Source: Catajapyx aquilonaris
Lineage: Eukaryota
Length of the DNA: 38,309 nt
Direction: 5' to 3'
Assembly (NCBI GenBank): GCA_000934665.2
Contig: JYFJ02003732.1
Span: 1 to 38,309, forward strand
In this document: positions 24,001 to 35,975 of the stretch, piece after piece
How the letters are laid out: every line of letters begins with the position of its first letter
How positions within the stretch are numbered: position 1 is the stretch's first letter
The notes under the pieces: generated by a model
What the model was told of the DNA's origin: nothing
Database searches by the model: none
What the model saw: only the letters and a program-made list of their open reading frames with translations
Program-made: the position numbers and the translations under genes

Positions 24001-27000
24001 GGGGGTGTTGGATCCCACGTCCTCTTGCCCCTCCCAGTAATTTAGCAGGAACGACCCCCCTGCAGGTGGAAGTAACTGCTACCATACCCAGCACCAGGAC
24101 CCCCCCCAGCTATACGGACATTTCCACTTCCATAATTTGAGTCGGATTTCTAGATAAGAAAGGGTTTGGACCCTGTTGACAACCAGAATTCCCTCTCGAG
24201 AACAAAATGAAAAATCTATGATTCAGAGAAGTGCAGTGGTGAATCCGCAAAGAATTTGATGATTTTGATATTCTACTTGCCATTACACCTCATACACAAT
24301 ATATTTCGCCTGTTATTCTTATCACTCGTTGTAATTAAATTATGGAGCGTTAATCTGTCCACTGTATTTCTACCACTCTAAGTGTACGTTTTAAAATAAT
24401 ATGTATTAAATACAACCATGAATGTCATTTATTGTTTGGATACAGCTTTCAAAATTAATACGTTTAATCTATTTCGATATTACAGCTTTAAAAATAGCTT
24501 CCACTAAGAGGGTAACAGTCCAAAATTTTCTGCTCCTGTTCCTATACATGGTCTGATTATTATATCGTGATGCGATGAGAAGGGTTTACGCCCCCTACAC
24601 GAAAGTATCAGTTTACCCATTGAGTAGTTGCAACTTGCGGTTCTCCCGCCCATAACATTCTAGCAAAACGGAAATTTTGTATACATGGACTATCTGCCAG
24701 ATACTAGGAAAGCTTAGCGTGGAACATGGATGTCATCGAGGCGAAGGTTGTTTGTTTAGAGAGGTATAAGTGGCATAAATTATGTTTCGCTCTATGATAT
24801 TTGCATTTGAGTGCAGGTTCATGTGTGCTACATTATTTATAGTTTAGAAGTGCCTCTATTATCTGATACTGATTTCGCCTTTTTAAAGGGGAATTGTGAT
24901 CCAGGCTTGGTTGCTTAGTATTTACAAGTTTTGCGTTCCATGAGATCACTTATAATTCGGAAGCCTTAGGTTAATAAAAAGAATTGTTGTAATCGAGATG
25001 TAAAGACACGGCGACGACATTTATTGGATGATATATGACAGTCGACTTTTGACTGGGTGACCTCATATTTAACATTTTAAGTGCATCTGGAACCTTTGTT
25101 CCATTGAAAAAGCCGCTGTCAGATTTAGACTGGACTCTGAATTGTTATGACCTTTAAGACATTGGTCAATTTACTGCACGTCGCGTGTTTCACGAAAATT
25201 CCCGTATTCGAGACATCTTTTCACTTCCAAACTGCTAGGACACAAAGTTATATATTGCTCGAGTGCGACTTGTGCATCGGCTGGCACTTGCAAAAGTGGG
25301 CAAATTAATAGGAAACAGTTTGGTGCAATGGAATTCCTACTAAATGGTACATAACGATGAGGCATTTTGACCACATAGTGTGAACGATTGCATCGAAACC
25401 TGGAAAAGCCCTACCTGAACACATGTAGCGGCAATGACTCATAATCCAGCTCGTTATTCTCCACCTCTGCAAAGTCAGAAGGCAAACGACCTTAGAGGAA
25501 GCGATGATGTTCAAAGGTCGAATCCAAAGGGAGAAGGCAAGAGGGCAGTAAAAAAGAGCGACAATTAATTGGCGCAGAGTCAGACCAGATTAGATCTACC
25601 TGTCCGGGTTGGGCCGCATCCACCCGCATAACCCCTACGGCCCACTCCGTGCCAGCCTCACCTAACGACGCCCCCGCCCGCCATCAGCGCTCTCTTCCCC
25701 CCTTCGCAGTGTCCCTAGGCCTACAGTGGCCACTCGCTCTCGGTGGACGGACACACCGGGCCACCCGCACTGGCACTGGGCGTGACCCCAGCACGAGCCT
25801 CTTTGGCCTCTGGCCCCGGGCACAGGGCGGATAAAAAGACGAGGAATGGAGGGAAATGAGGATGGGAAAACGGCGTGGTGGCCGTGTTTGAGGGGGGATG
25901 TGTGTGTTGGGGGGCGCTGCCCTTGTGGCGCCTTGTTCGGCAGGCATGCCAGCCAGGCCAGCCAGCCAGCCAGCCTGCCCCAAAGACATTGGCAGCCATG
26001 CAGGCCAAGTGAGAGTGTTGATGATTCCAGCCCATCATCATCTTTTGGCGACTGGGGCCGAGTGGGGAACCAGCACGCTCTTGAGGGCCGACGATAGTGG
26101 TCCCAGGCCAGACGGCGCCTAGCACGGCGAAAGGGTTGGCGCTCACCGGGCGCCAGTCTCCTGTGCCCATTTCTACACCCCCNGTGGCCCCATCCACCAC
26201 CTACTCCACACGTCCGCAACCCAATTCGTACCTTTTGTTTGGTTCTGGTCCGGAAGTGGGACTCATGTGGCCGCCATTTTTTTTTTCGACCGGCCTTCCT
26301 TCCGGGTCAAATTCCGCCAAGGTCTTTACACGCATAAATGTCGCGGCCGTTCGAATCACACACACGCTGGCACCAAACAAATAGTAAACGCCCGTAAGAA
26401 TGCCCATTACGTTTCGCAAATATTTTGCGTTTCTCCGGTTCGCAAACTAATGGGCTGCGAAATTCCGCCGTATTTATTCGCGCGACGTGCGCCGCGGGAT
26501 ATGAATCAAAGAGCTGCACCTCTACTGACAAATCCTGTGATGCATTACATCAAGAGTTATGTACCTGACGCCCTGACTTACACTGCAAAAAAAAAAAAAC
26601 AACACGCGCTGTAGGCCAGGGGGAATTTTCATGTTTGTATGGAAGGACAATGTTCCTTGTGTGTGAGTGTGTGTGTGCGTTTCGTGTGGGCCGCAGGACA
26701 AGCTAGTCAGACATGGCCCATCCCCATTGCTGCCACCCACTCACTCACTCTTCCTTCTTATTCACCTGCGGGGGTGGACCGCTGGGTTTCTTCCCAATAT
26801 TGCCAACCTGATCCGCTAACCAACAGCTTGTTACACGCAAGTTGATCGGCTGTACTGAAGACGGACTTGTTTACGATATATCCGAACTGGTGTAATAAAG
26901 TGGGTCCCAATGGCATATAAAAGAGGAGGCATAACACGCTGCACGTGTGTTACCAAATCATATTTCTTGCTGGTCGCTTCCTTCAGACGATAATTGGCTG

Positions 27001-28502
27001 ATTATTTTTGCGGCTGTCGGATTGGTCCACTGGAGTCGTTACCTGGACAGGTAATGAGATGCAAATAGGGAAACGAAAGCTGACTTTTACCTTTGATTTA
27101 CGACTCATCGTAATCGGATTGGAGATAGAGATCAGAGGCCTTGTTACTGATTCAAGAGCGCTACCCTTTATAAAGATGCAGCCGCAAACTCACTGCGAAT
27201 GTTATCGGCGTCATCAAGCGTGAAACTGGCGCGAGTTACAAAGTCTTACAAGACCTTTGACTCGCTGTCCATTTTTTTTTACATAACACCGACGTTTACA
27301 GAATACACCTGCTGAGCCCAATTATCAAGTGCAGGCACCGCGCCAACTTGCAATTTGTAGGCGATTTAGTCACGATGCTCGTTGGCACACGTCCCCCATT
27401 CAATTAACTCTTTCTGGGAATCGACACGATAGCGTTTTTTTTTCGTTTTTTTTTTTTTTTTTGCTTCCCGTTCGTGGATTTTTATCCCGCTTCCCTCTCA
27501 ATTTTCCTTATCCCTCAAACTGGATGGCCATCTAGGCCCAAGAACGCGCGAAATTTTATTAACATGTAATTCCTTCTGGTGAAACTGGGCCCAACGGGTT
27601 TTTAACGAAAACAAACACTACACCCGCCGCGCCGCTTGCAGCCACGTGCACCCACCGCCCAGACCCCCATCGACCCCCTTCCTATCCGCCTCTTTTTCAG
27701 AACTCATCTGTTTCAAGTCAGTACAAGGTCCCAGAAGGAACGTTTTCTGTACGAACACGACCCTTTTTCCAATGAAGGTCGTATGAATGATTTCTTCTTC
27801 CCAGGGAAACCCCCCGAGTCTCACAACGCCCAAACACCCCACTGGGTGCCCCCTACCAGCTTCTCAAAGTTGACACTTGTGAATCACCAGCTTCGAAACC
27901 ACGTTTTCAGACAAATGGACCCCATTCGGCGACATAGGAAAAGATCACTTTTCAGAAATAGCGTGGGTGTTGTAACGGTAACAAGAGAGTATCGAAAGAT
28001 TAACCAGGAGAAAGTTATTGCTTGACATATAGCCTAAAATACATACTGGCGGCAGTGAAGTACTCAGTAAAGAGGATTGTGTTGATAATTATGATTTGGC
28101 GGGTTTTGTAGCCATCAGCATGTACGTGGGAGACGGTATGATCAGGGGAATGGGTAAGTAGCAGGAAGGTCAGGATGTTTGCTCGATTTGTGCTTATTAA
28201 AATTGCTATTGAGAAGGGAAAAAACTCGATCGTGTTGTGCTGGAAAAATGGAAGACCCTGAAAACCTGACTTGCATGCATTTTTCAGAAGGGTGTACATA
28301 AAATGTACGCATGACGTTGCGCATACCAAAAATAAGCTTATCTGCAATTATGTATGTGTCATGATTTGCATACATAACAGTCGATATCTAATAAAATCGT
28401 GTACTTAAGGGACGGAAAGTGTCCGCTGTTTCTAACATGGAATAGGAAGTCTTTTTTACCAGCTTGCTGGTATGCACAATGAACAAGCTAATGCTGTAAT
28501 GC

Positions 28503-28541
28503 ACAAATGGTGCCTTGTAATAATTACAAGGCACCATTTGT
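28503..28541. repeat. Perfect 19-bp palindrome with 1-nt spacer
   Basis: ACAAATGGTGCCTTGTAAT-A-ATTACAAGGCACCATTTGT. Confidence 0.95.
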
Positions 28542-30320
28542 AATTTTTTTAAAGAATTATTCTTGTAACGTATTCAGTGTTTATAACGCCAAAGAATTGT
28601 TCATAAACTATAGCTGAAATGTAGCCTGTACTATATACTGTGTTCGGTATCTGAAGAATACGACTTTATACTTATTGTACGTACAGGTTGCATTGAAGCG
28701 AATATATTTTATTAATTTTTATTTTACATTAAAGATTCCACGAGATATTATCATTAAAACACTCTGTAATAGCTTGACTACATTCCCTGCTCACCTTGAA
28801 TACGAAGAATGATAAACCAGGTGATCTAATTCAGACAAAATGAAACATCGCCCTTGATGTAGATAAATTATACGCCCATATATAAATTAATTCGCTCTTA
28901 ATCCACTCTCTTATACGTGTCAATTTTGAATTTAAATAGCACTTCAAGATTACAGTATTTATGCGACGCGGTGAATTTATCGTCAACAACAAAGTGTGTC
29001 CGGCACGATATGGTGGATTAATTTTGGACGACTTTGCAATAACCTGGAAGTCGCCTTTGCCAACTTGAGGCACATAAATTTTACAGAATCAAGTTGTCAA
29101 TGTCAGTAATTAATACCTGACAGAGCAAACTTGTGCTAATAAACGGTGAAGCATGCGAGAAATTCCGTTGCGGTAGAAAAGTTTTCTTATTACTTTTATT
29201 CGGGATATTTGTCTTTTCTACTCCCCTTTTTTGCCACGGAAAATAACCCCTCCAGAAATGCTCCCGGACGTGGAATCTTGCCAAACCTAACTTTCGATTT
29301 GTTCAGTAGCTATTGGTAATTTTGTCAAAAAAAATGTGGCCTTTTAAATAAGTTATCTGGCGGTCAATTTTTATATACTCTGATAAGCTAATTGTTATTA
29401 TCATAATAAATTTGAATGTGGTGCTTTTTTCGTCCTAAAATAATGAAAATGACTAGAACCAAATAAAACAGTGTGCGTTGCTTACAGAAGTGGACGTAAC
29501 TACATTGTTATTACTGATATGATATGGCATTCAAAAAAGCTATCAACGATATCGTATAAAAATAATATATTTTCTGCGCAATACCGCTATTATGAGATGC
29601 TCATTTGCACGAGAGTGCAGATTTGAAGCCGAATCATGTACACCATACAGGTGTCTATTCGGGAAGTGACGGCATGGTCATCATTCTCTGAGAAGACAGT
29701 ATGCAAGTGTTCCGCAAAACTTCAAATGCTAATATTGAATGTACAGTGAAACCTGTCCACAAATCAAATTCTGGGTATTGCTTTCTGTCCATTACCGGAA
29801 CATTGGTCCCCGATTCAGATTTTCAATAAGTCGGTTGCAAGTAAGGAAAATATTTTGCGAATCAGAGAAACTTACTTTTACAGTTTTCACTGCATGAGCA
29901 TGCAACACGCAGTATGAAGGTTGAGAAAATTACCTCCTATTTTTGGCGCGCAATGTCGTCTGAATTCGCACTCAAAAGATGTTACCTAAGTTTCAGCCAC
30001 TATTTGGCGTAACAAAATGAACCCGGAAATGCTACTTTTAAAATTATATGACCGACTCCTATAGTAACTTTGTCACTGCCAACCTCGACATCTCTATACA
30101 TACGCACCCACGTGTTCTGCTCCATTTCCTCCACATTCGGCAATAATCCGGCCCAACCGACCTGACACGACTTCGCAATACCCATCCTACCAAAAAACGA
30201 CCCCGATCGGTCGACCTGTCAAACCATCACGCACACCGCCTAATTTCTCCAGCAGTCCCAGCATCTGATCGAGTGTCAGATCGGTCCACACACGTGCCGT
30301 TGCATCACTCACTGACTAAC

Positions 30321-30410
30321 CTGGCATGTTGAGGTGTTCCTCCTCCTCCTTCTGGGTCCACTTGTCCCACACCCACCTGCACCTGCCGATGACCACCCGT
30401 CTCCTCTCAT
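30321..30410 (-). CDS. nog: Candidate first coding exon of noggin (MRGDGWSSAGAGGCGTSGPRRRRRNTSTCQ, 30 aa)
   Basis: ATG at 30410, exactly 90 nt open, ending CAG|GTTAGT (donor, phase 0), which matches the phase-0 acceptor at 8660. In-frame stop upstream at 30462-30464. Lies in a GC-rich island below a TATA-like box. Joining across the 21,661-bp intron is inferred. Confidence 0.6.
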
Positions 30411-30461
30411 CTGGGCTGCCCCACTTGCACTTCTTGGCCCCAAAATTATATCGTGGTCGTC

Positions 30462-30485
30462 TCACACCTTGATGGTATTCTTCAT
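30462..30485 (-). other. Short upstream ORF (MKNTIKV*) in the putative noggin 5' UTR
   Basis: gccATGAAGAATACCATCAAGGTGTGA, in frame with and ending about 51 nt before the candidate main ATG. Depends on the exon-1 model. Confidence 0.4.
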
Positions 30486-30564
30486 GGCCTCCGGAGTCTT
30501 GATTATATGTAGAGGATGGGGGCTGGGGGTATGGTATGGATCAGCACCGTAGGCCAGCTCGCCT

Positions 30565-30690
30565 TCTTCTGGCCGCCCAGCCTCTTGCGCCCTTCCACTT
30601 ATACTGCCCATGAAAGAGTCTCTCGTAGGGGGGAGGGTGGGAGGGATGGTGGAGGCAGAGAGGCAGAGAGAGGGGGCCTGGGGTTGGTCC
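30565..30690 (-). promoter_or_regulatory. Candidate noggin core promoter
   Basis: TATAAG on the minus strand at 30603-30598, a CA dinucleotide about 32 nt downstream (~30571), and GA/CT-rich (GAGA-like) tracts at ~30655-30672. Sits about 190 bp upstream of the candidate ATG. Confidence 0.4.
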
Positions 30691-32059
30691 CCTCGGGTGA
30701 AAAGGTGAGGCCAGGTGCAGTCCAACCAACCCAAGATCATCATCTCGCATTTAGAGGCTTATGTAATTATGTCGCGCGTACAGTAAACTAAGACACCCCC
30801 GCTCCTGCTCCTGCTTCTTCCGTACGTTTCTGGCGGCAACCGCCCTCGAATTGGGTTACGAGGTGCGTGACATATTCGCATCTTGTCCGATATTCGGGAT
30901 TAAATGGTCAGGGATTTTTTTTGGAGGTTGATTACTGCGGGTGGATGGTTTGGAGGAGGAAGCCAGGAAGTGTGTACATATATGCGGCATATGTGGGCTT
31001 GTATGTTGACTATTTTGATCACGAGCACTGTTTATATCTTCATGTATGCGGAAGACTCGGCGTAGGCCTACATTTGAAGACTTGAAATGTAGAACGATCA
31101 GAGTGACATTTTGGTAGGAATTGAGTTGGGCAGTGTGCAATATAGTCCTCGAAGCATGGAGTTTATCCCGTTATCTTCGAACGTTCATATGTCTACTTCA
31201 GTCAAACGTTCCATACTTCTGGCGGTCTTCATATTACTTTCCAAATGACAGTCATTGTGACTGATTTCTTTCTAATCATTAGTTTTATTGCTTTAGGATC
31301 TGTTCAAGCTCTGATTAACGAAGATATTTTATATATTTGGTGAGTTGTTCTTGCCACAATCATATAAGAGTGAAAAAAACCTAGCCTGCTTGTGCTCACC
31401 ATGTATGCAGGGTCCTTTGAAATAACTCAGACAAACTTACAGGACGAGTTCACGAGCATCATGGGTTAATTAAATTTAGGAACTGATATAAATTGGTTTC
31501 TGAAGCCTCTTTACTGAAATAATTGCTATCATATTATGTAAGGAATAAAATATCCTGACAGATATGTGTCCCGCCACGTGACAGTGCCCTTATTTAAAAT
31601 GAAATTACAGTACCGTATTACAAGTCAATTTTAATTTCAGGCTAAAGTATGTGATATTTTTGCCCTTTACGGTTAAAATTACTCAGTCACAAGACTTTAG
31701 AGATTAAATGACATTCCTACATAACACGATCTCCTGTTGCCCATGAACTCAGTCTAGAAGTTTGTCTTAATCGTCATTACAAAATATCCTCTATTTGCAT
31801 TGAAAGCGAATTCGTAATTTATCAGGCAGAATTGAGTCAGCCTGCTTTGTCTTCAAATATTACTATAAACAAGCATGTTATGTTAAAATAGTAGACTTAT
31901 TCATAGCCAGTTATTAACAGGACCTACCAGCGTAGCCTACTGTTACAAACGCAATTGCCTATATTTCCATAACATGTGGTATAATTGTGGCGAAAGAATT
32001 CCAAAGGGACTTCTTTCCATGCCATAAAAGTAGCTAGTTTAAGTGCAATGACGCTACAC

Positions 32060-32199
32060 TATCTGAAGTACAAATTCGGTCAGATGTATACCTTGACGCT
32101 ATACAGCCATCAGGTCTCGTCCGACGTAGGGGAAAAAAACCCCCACTAGAATGCTGATGGTCCTATAGCGTCAGGATACTTTCACCGAAATGACAGATA
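32060..32199. repeat. Degenerate inverted repeat (small MITE relic or hairpin)
   Basis: TATCTG..TTCGGT..TGACGCTATA..CCATCAG pairs with CTGATGG..TATAGCGTCA..ACCGAA..CAGATA around a loop of about 40 nt. Confidence 0.6.
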
Positions 32200-34381
32200 C
32201 TACAAGTGCTTTTATAATGAGCATTTATAGCCCTATACAGTACACTGGATTTGAACAATATCAGTGTAAGAAGGACATTGATTACCTGTATATTTTGGAC
32301 TACTGTACATCTTGCACACACTGCCAGTTATTAGTGGTCATCTGAAATTAAAGTTATAACTTGTGTGACCTTTGTAAATGATGTTGGACATTTATTCTCG
32401 TAGTAATTTGGATAGACAGGCACATTGACTCTGCATGACCTAGATTTGTCATTACTGATTAATTTATTGACGAGGGGGTTTCACGACAGGAGATGAGAGA
32501 ATATCAACCCATCTGAGGTATTTCCATTTCAGCAACTTAGAAATACGTCACGTGAACTTGAATACACGTGGAGTTGAATTAAGTCACCCTGAAAGAAAGA
32601 AAGTCGATTAACATTGCAATCTATTCCAAGATATCTAGGATCAGGGGAGTTGAATAATGCAATAGTGCAAGTGTGCGTGAATCACTGATCCGAATAATGA
32701 TACGTGTCTAATAGAATTAATTTGAAGACACCTGTTAGGGCCAAAGAATATTTTAAGAATGTAGCGAATGATTTCCATTGTCCAAAATACCAGCACTCAA
32801 GGCCTCATTAAATAATCGTCTGCGGTGTTGTATTGCGGTGCAACGAACCGGCATAAAGGAACATAGATTGATAGGGTATACATGATTAGGAAAACCTAGA
32901 GCATATACACTGTCATTCGACACTGCTGACTTGAAACATTGAACAGTGTGTCTATTTTTGTAATAAATTAGTTTTTAATCCGGATTAAATAGCATGCAAT
33001 ATTTGCAGGCATTTATTGGCCGCATTAATCAATGCATGTCTACCAATATACAAATACAAATCGCAACCTAGACCCGCATCCAGCGAGAAAAAATCCGCAA
33101 ACTGGTGCCATTATTTTTTGTATCCTACTTGTTAGGCATCCCTCCTCCCAGATTTAAGTTGCGGGTTGTGGAACCAGTTTAAAAATTACACCTTGCGATC
33201 ACGACCGTTTACAGTAAGCTTGGCTATAATGGGCCTACTTTTAAGGTTCTATACAACAACCTCTAGAAAAGCCACAAGCTGGTTTTAAATTATTGCTACA
33301 TAAAAAGTAGCCAGCTGAAGTTCTGACCTAATTGTAATGGAGCCTCATATAAGTGCAGTAAATATTTATATTTAAACATATCTGCTATGTACTACTGAAA
33401 GAACTCGATTCTGACAAGTTACGACATAGTAGCACTGTGGATTGTGAACTATTATATCACGACAATATTACAGTGTGATGATAATGCACCACGGGAACAG
33501 CTTAGCCCACTAGTCTGAAGATGACATTGGTTAAGTAATAAGAGACTGATATGATGGACAGTGTTGGCATCAGGAGGTGTTTGAATTACATCCGCAGCGT
33601 GTGCGCCCTGGTTACCCATTGAATTGAAAGCTATGGGGGTGCGTAGGTGTCCCCCATGTAAGATACGGGATGGATAGGGGTTGGGTCAGGCAGGCTGCCC
33701 TTGAGCAGGCCGTTTCCCCCTGACTGGCCTTATATGATCCCGGCGGTGAAGGTTGAAGAATACCAAATCAAGGATTGGTCCTTCGGGCCAGCGAGTTTTG
33801 GGGCGGCCTGGTTGGTTCGTTCGTCTCTTTTGAGAGGCACTCTGGTAACCCTGTGTCAATTCGTTTGTTCTCCGTCTGACAGCTTCGCCGTAATCTCGGC
33901 TCCACTATTCCTAAGCAAACAATAAGTCGTGTTGACGCAGGCCCGCCATGTCGGAAACTTCACATGGGACTTGTTCCCAATTTTGTAACCTACGAGCACT
34001 TTTATGGGGTTTAGAGTGAATTTTGGGCCATTCCTATGGCATGCATTAAAATATGAATGTTGAAGTATTCCCTGCAACTATTAGCATCACAATGGCTTAC
34101 AGTATGTGGGAATGGAATATAACATTATACTGTACGTTACTGTTCCAAAGTTTTATCAGCTGCTTCTGGAATCAATTCTTACTATCGGGACAAAAAAATC
34201 TGGAACTGACAAAAACAACGTCACAAAGTTGGCAAACTCTTATAATTTGGTACCCTGCACTAGTACTGCGTATTTAATAGTTGGCTACGTAATGTTAGCC
34301 TTCCTGATGTGATGCCGATATCATCGGATGATGTTTCATAACAGTAATTTTGTGTTGAACTAAGGTTTACAGGATTTAAGG

Positions 34382-34443
34382 AAGTGCTTCCCAAACTGTG
34401 GGTCGCGACCCCATTTGGGGTGGCGAACTTAATATTTGGGGTC

Positions 34444-34492
<49 letters not shown>

Positions 34493-34684
34493 TATTTCCA
34501 CAAAATGATAATATGCCCATATCTCTCTTGAAAATGATGCCCGTAACAATAGTTATCAATGATTTTAATTTCACTGATCTGCCTTTACACATGTTGGGGG
34601 ATCAAAATATGCACATTTGGGGGGGTCGCGAATTTTACGAGACGATTTTCTGGGATCGCCAACGAAAAAGATTGGGAAGCACTG
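34382..34684. mobile_element. hAT (Charlie-like) MITE containing a (GA)n tract
   Basis: Ends aAGTGCTTCCCAA...TTGGGAAGCACTG, internal GGGTCGCG subterminal motifs, and an 8-bp TSD ATTTAAGG / ATTTAAGA (7/8). Confidence 0.88.
34446..34489. repeat. (GA)n microsatellite inside the hAT MITE
   Basis: About 22 perfect GA units. Confidence 0.95.
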
Positions 34685-35599
34685 ATTTAAGATATCATTG
34701 AAAACAAATGTGCAGTGGTTTAAAAAGCAGGATGGGCCTAATTTTAATTAATAAATTATATCTGTCACATTACATAAAATGTAGGACCTTCGGATTATAG
34801 CATATTACGGTAATTAGTAAAAAATTAAAGTAAACTTGATATCTATCCGATATGAGGCATACGGTAGTTTTTGTAAACTTGTTTATTTTTTACTTAATAA
34901 TTTAGTTTTAATTGACAGCTCTTTCTTCTCTCCTATACGATGGAGTTACATAATGAACAACGAGGTTGGTACGCAAAAGAAAATTGCTAAAACCAATCTA
35001 CATTATTCGGACGATGTTTCTTGACTGCGTAATGTAGCATGTCTCTTTAATAGTTTTCTTAGTAGAAGCTACCTCATTCATGTTATCAGCGAGCATTAAC
35101 TTTGAATAGCTCTAAACTCCCTTTTTACGCTCTTCCAACGACCCAGTGCTGCCATTAGGCCGCTGATTTAGGCCATCCCTCGCCCATTTGAATCCTTCCA
35201 ATGTCTCGTTCGGCCTGCTCTCTTCGGTCAGAATGCATAATAGACAACATTTGCGAGCAAAATAATCGGAACAACGGGAAAATTCAGGTCTATCGTCTCT
35301 CAAAGGCCGTCGGTATATTTCTTACCACTCTTGTCCTTAGCATGTGGATCACGTTAAGAGATTTGCACTTGTCTCGAGCTCGACGGTTATTGGATATTTA
35401 AAAAAGTTTCTCTTTGTGTCCTAGTGCGGAAAAGTGCTATCATTAAAAGTCATTGGCATCATAGAGGCTTGAGGTATTCGTGTCATTATAATTATCACCA
35501 TTCCAAAATTAGCATAATGATTCCTACTCCAATCACCCAAACTGATTAGCTACCGAAATACCTCCGGTTCTTGTTCTGAATGGGAGGCAAAGTGGCAAT

Positions 35600-35975
35600 G
35601 ATTGAGACGGCGCCCTATTGAGGGCGCAGGTGCTTCTTATTGCGGCGTTGGGGGAAGTAGGGAGAGGAAGAGAAGGGAGGAAAAGCACACTTGTAAATCT
35701 GCAGCCAACTCGGAATCGCTCCGCCAGCACTTAGGTTGCCAAAAACGAACTTGTTGTCAGCCTGTGGCGCCCCGGACAGGCGCCTGGACTTCTCGGAAAG
35801 ACTTGGAGTCACCTGCCTGCAAACTTAGGCACGAGTCAAAAATTGCCCTCCACTGGAGCTCCTCCTCAACCACCCCACCCCTCCCCACTTCCTCCCCCGG
35901 GCAGGCCAAGGCAGCAGGCGGATCAGACCACGCGGCGTCCCCAAGCCCATTTAGGCGTCGCCTGGCGCCTCGATT
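35600..35975. promoter_or_regulatory. Candidate BMP/Smad-responsive element cluster
   Basis: GGCGCC at 35609, 35766, 35779 and 35964; GGCGTC at 35934 and 35954. The minus strand of 35924-35939 reads GACGCC-GCGTG-GTCTG, matching GRCGNC(N5)GTCTG. Confidence 0.5.

Noticed and set aside
26183..26183. Single N base
   Set aside because: Assembly ambiguity, not biology.
25662..26219. 185-aa and overlapping ORFs, and the donor at 25661 as noggin coding exon 1
   Set aside because: Low-complexity GC-rich translations; the phase-0 frame ends in TAG immediately before the donor.
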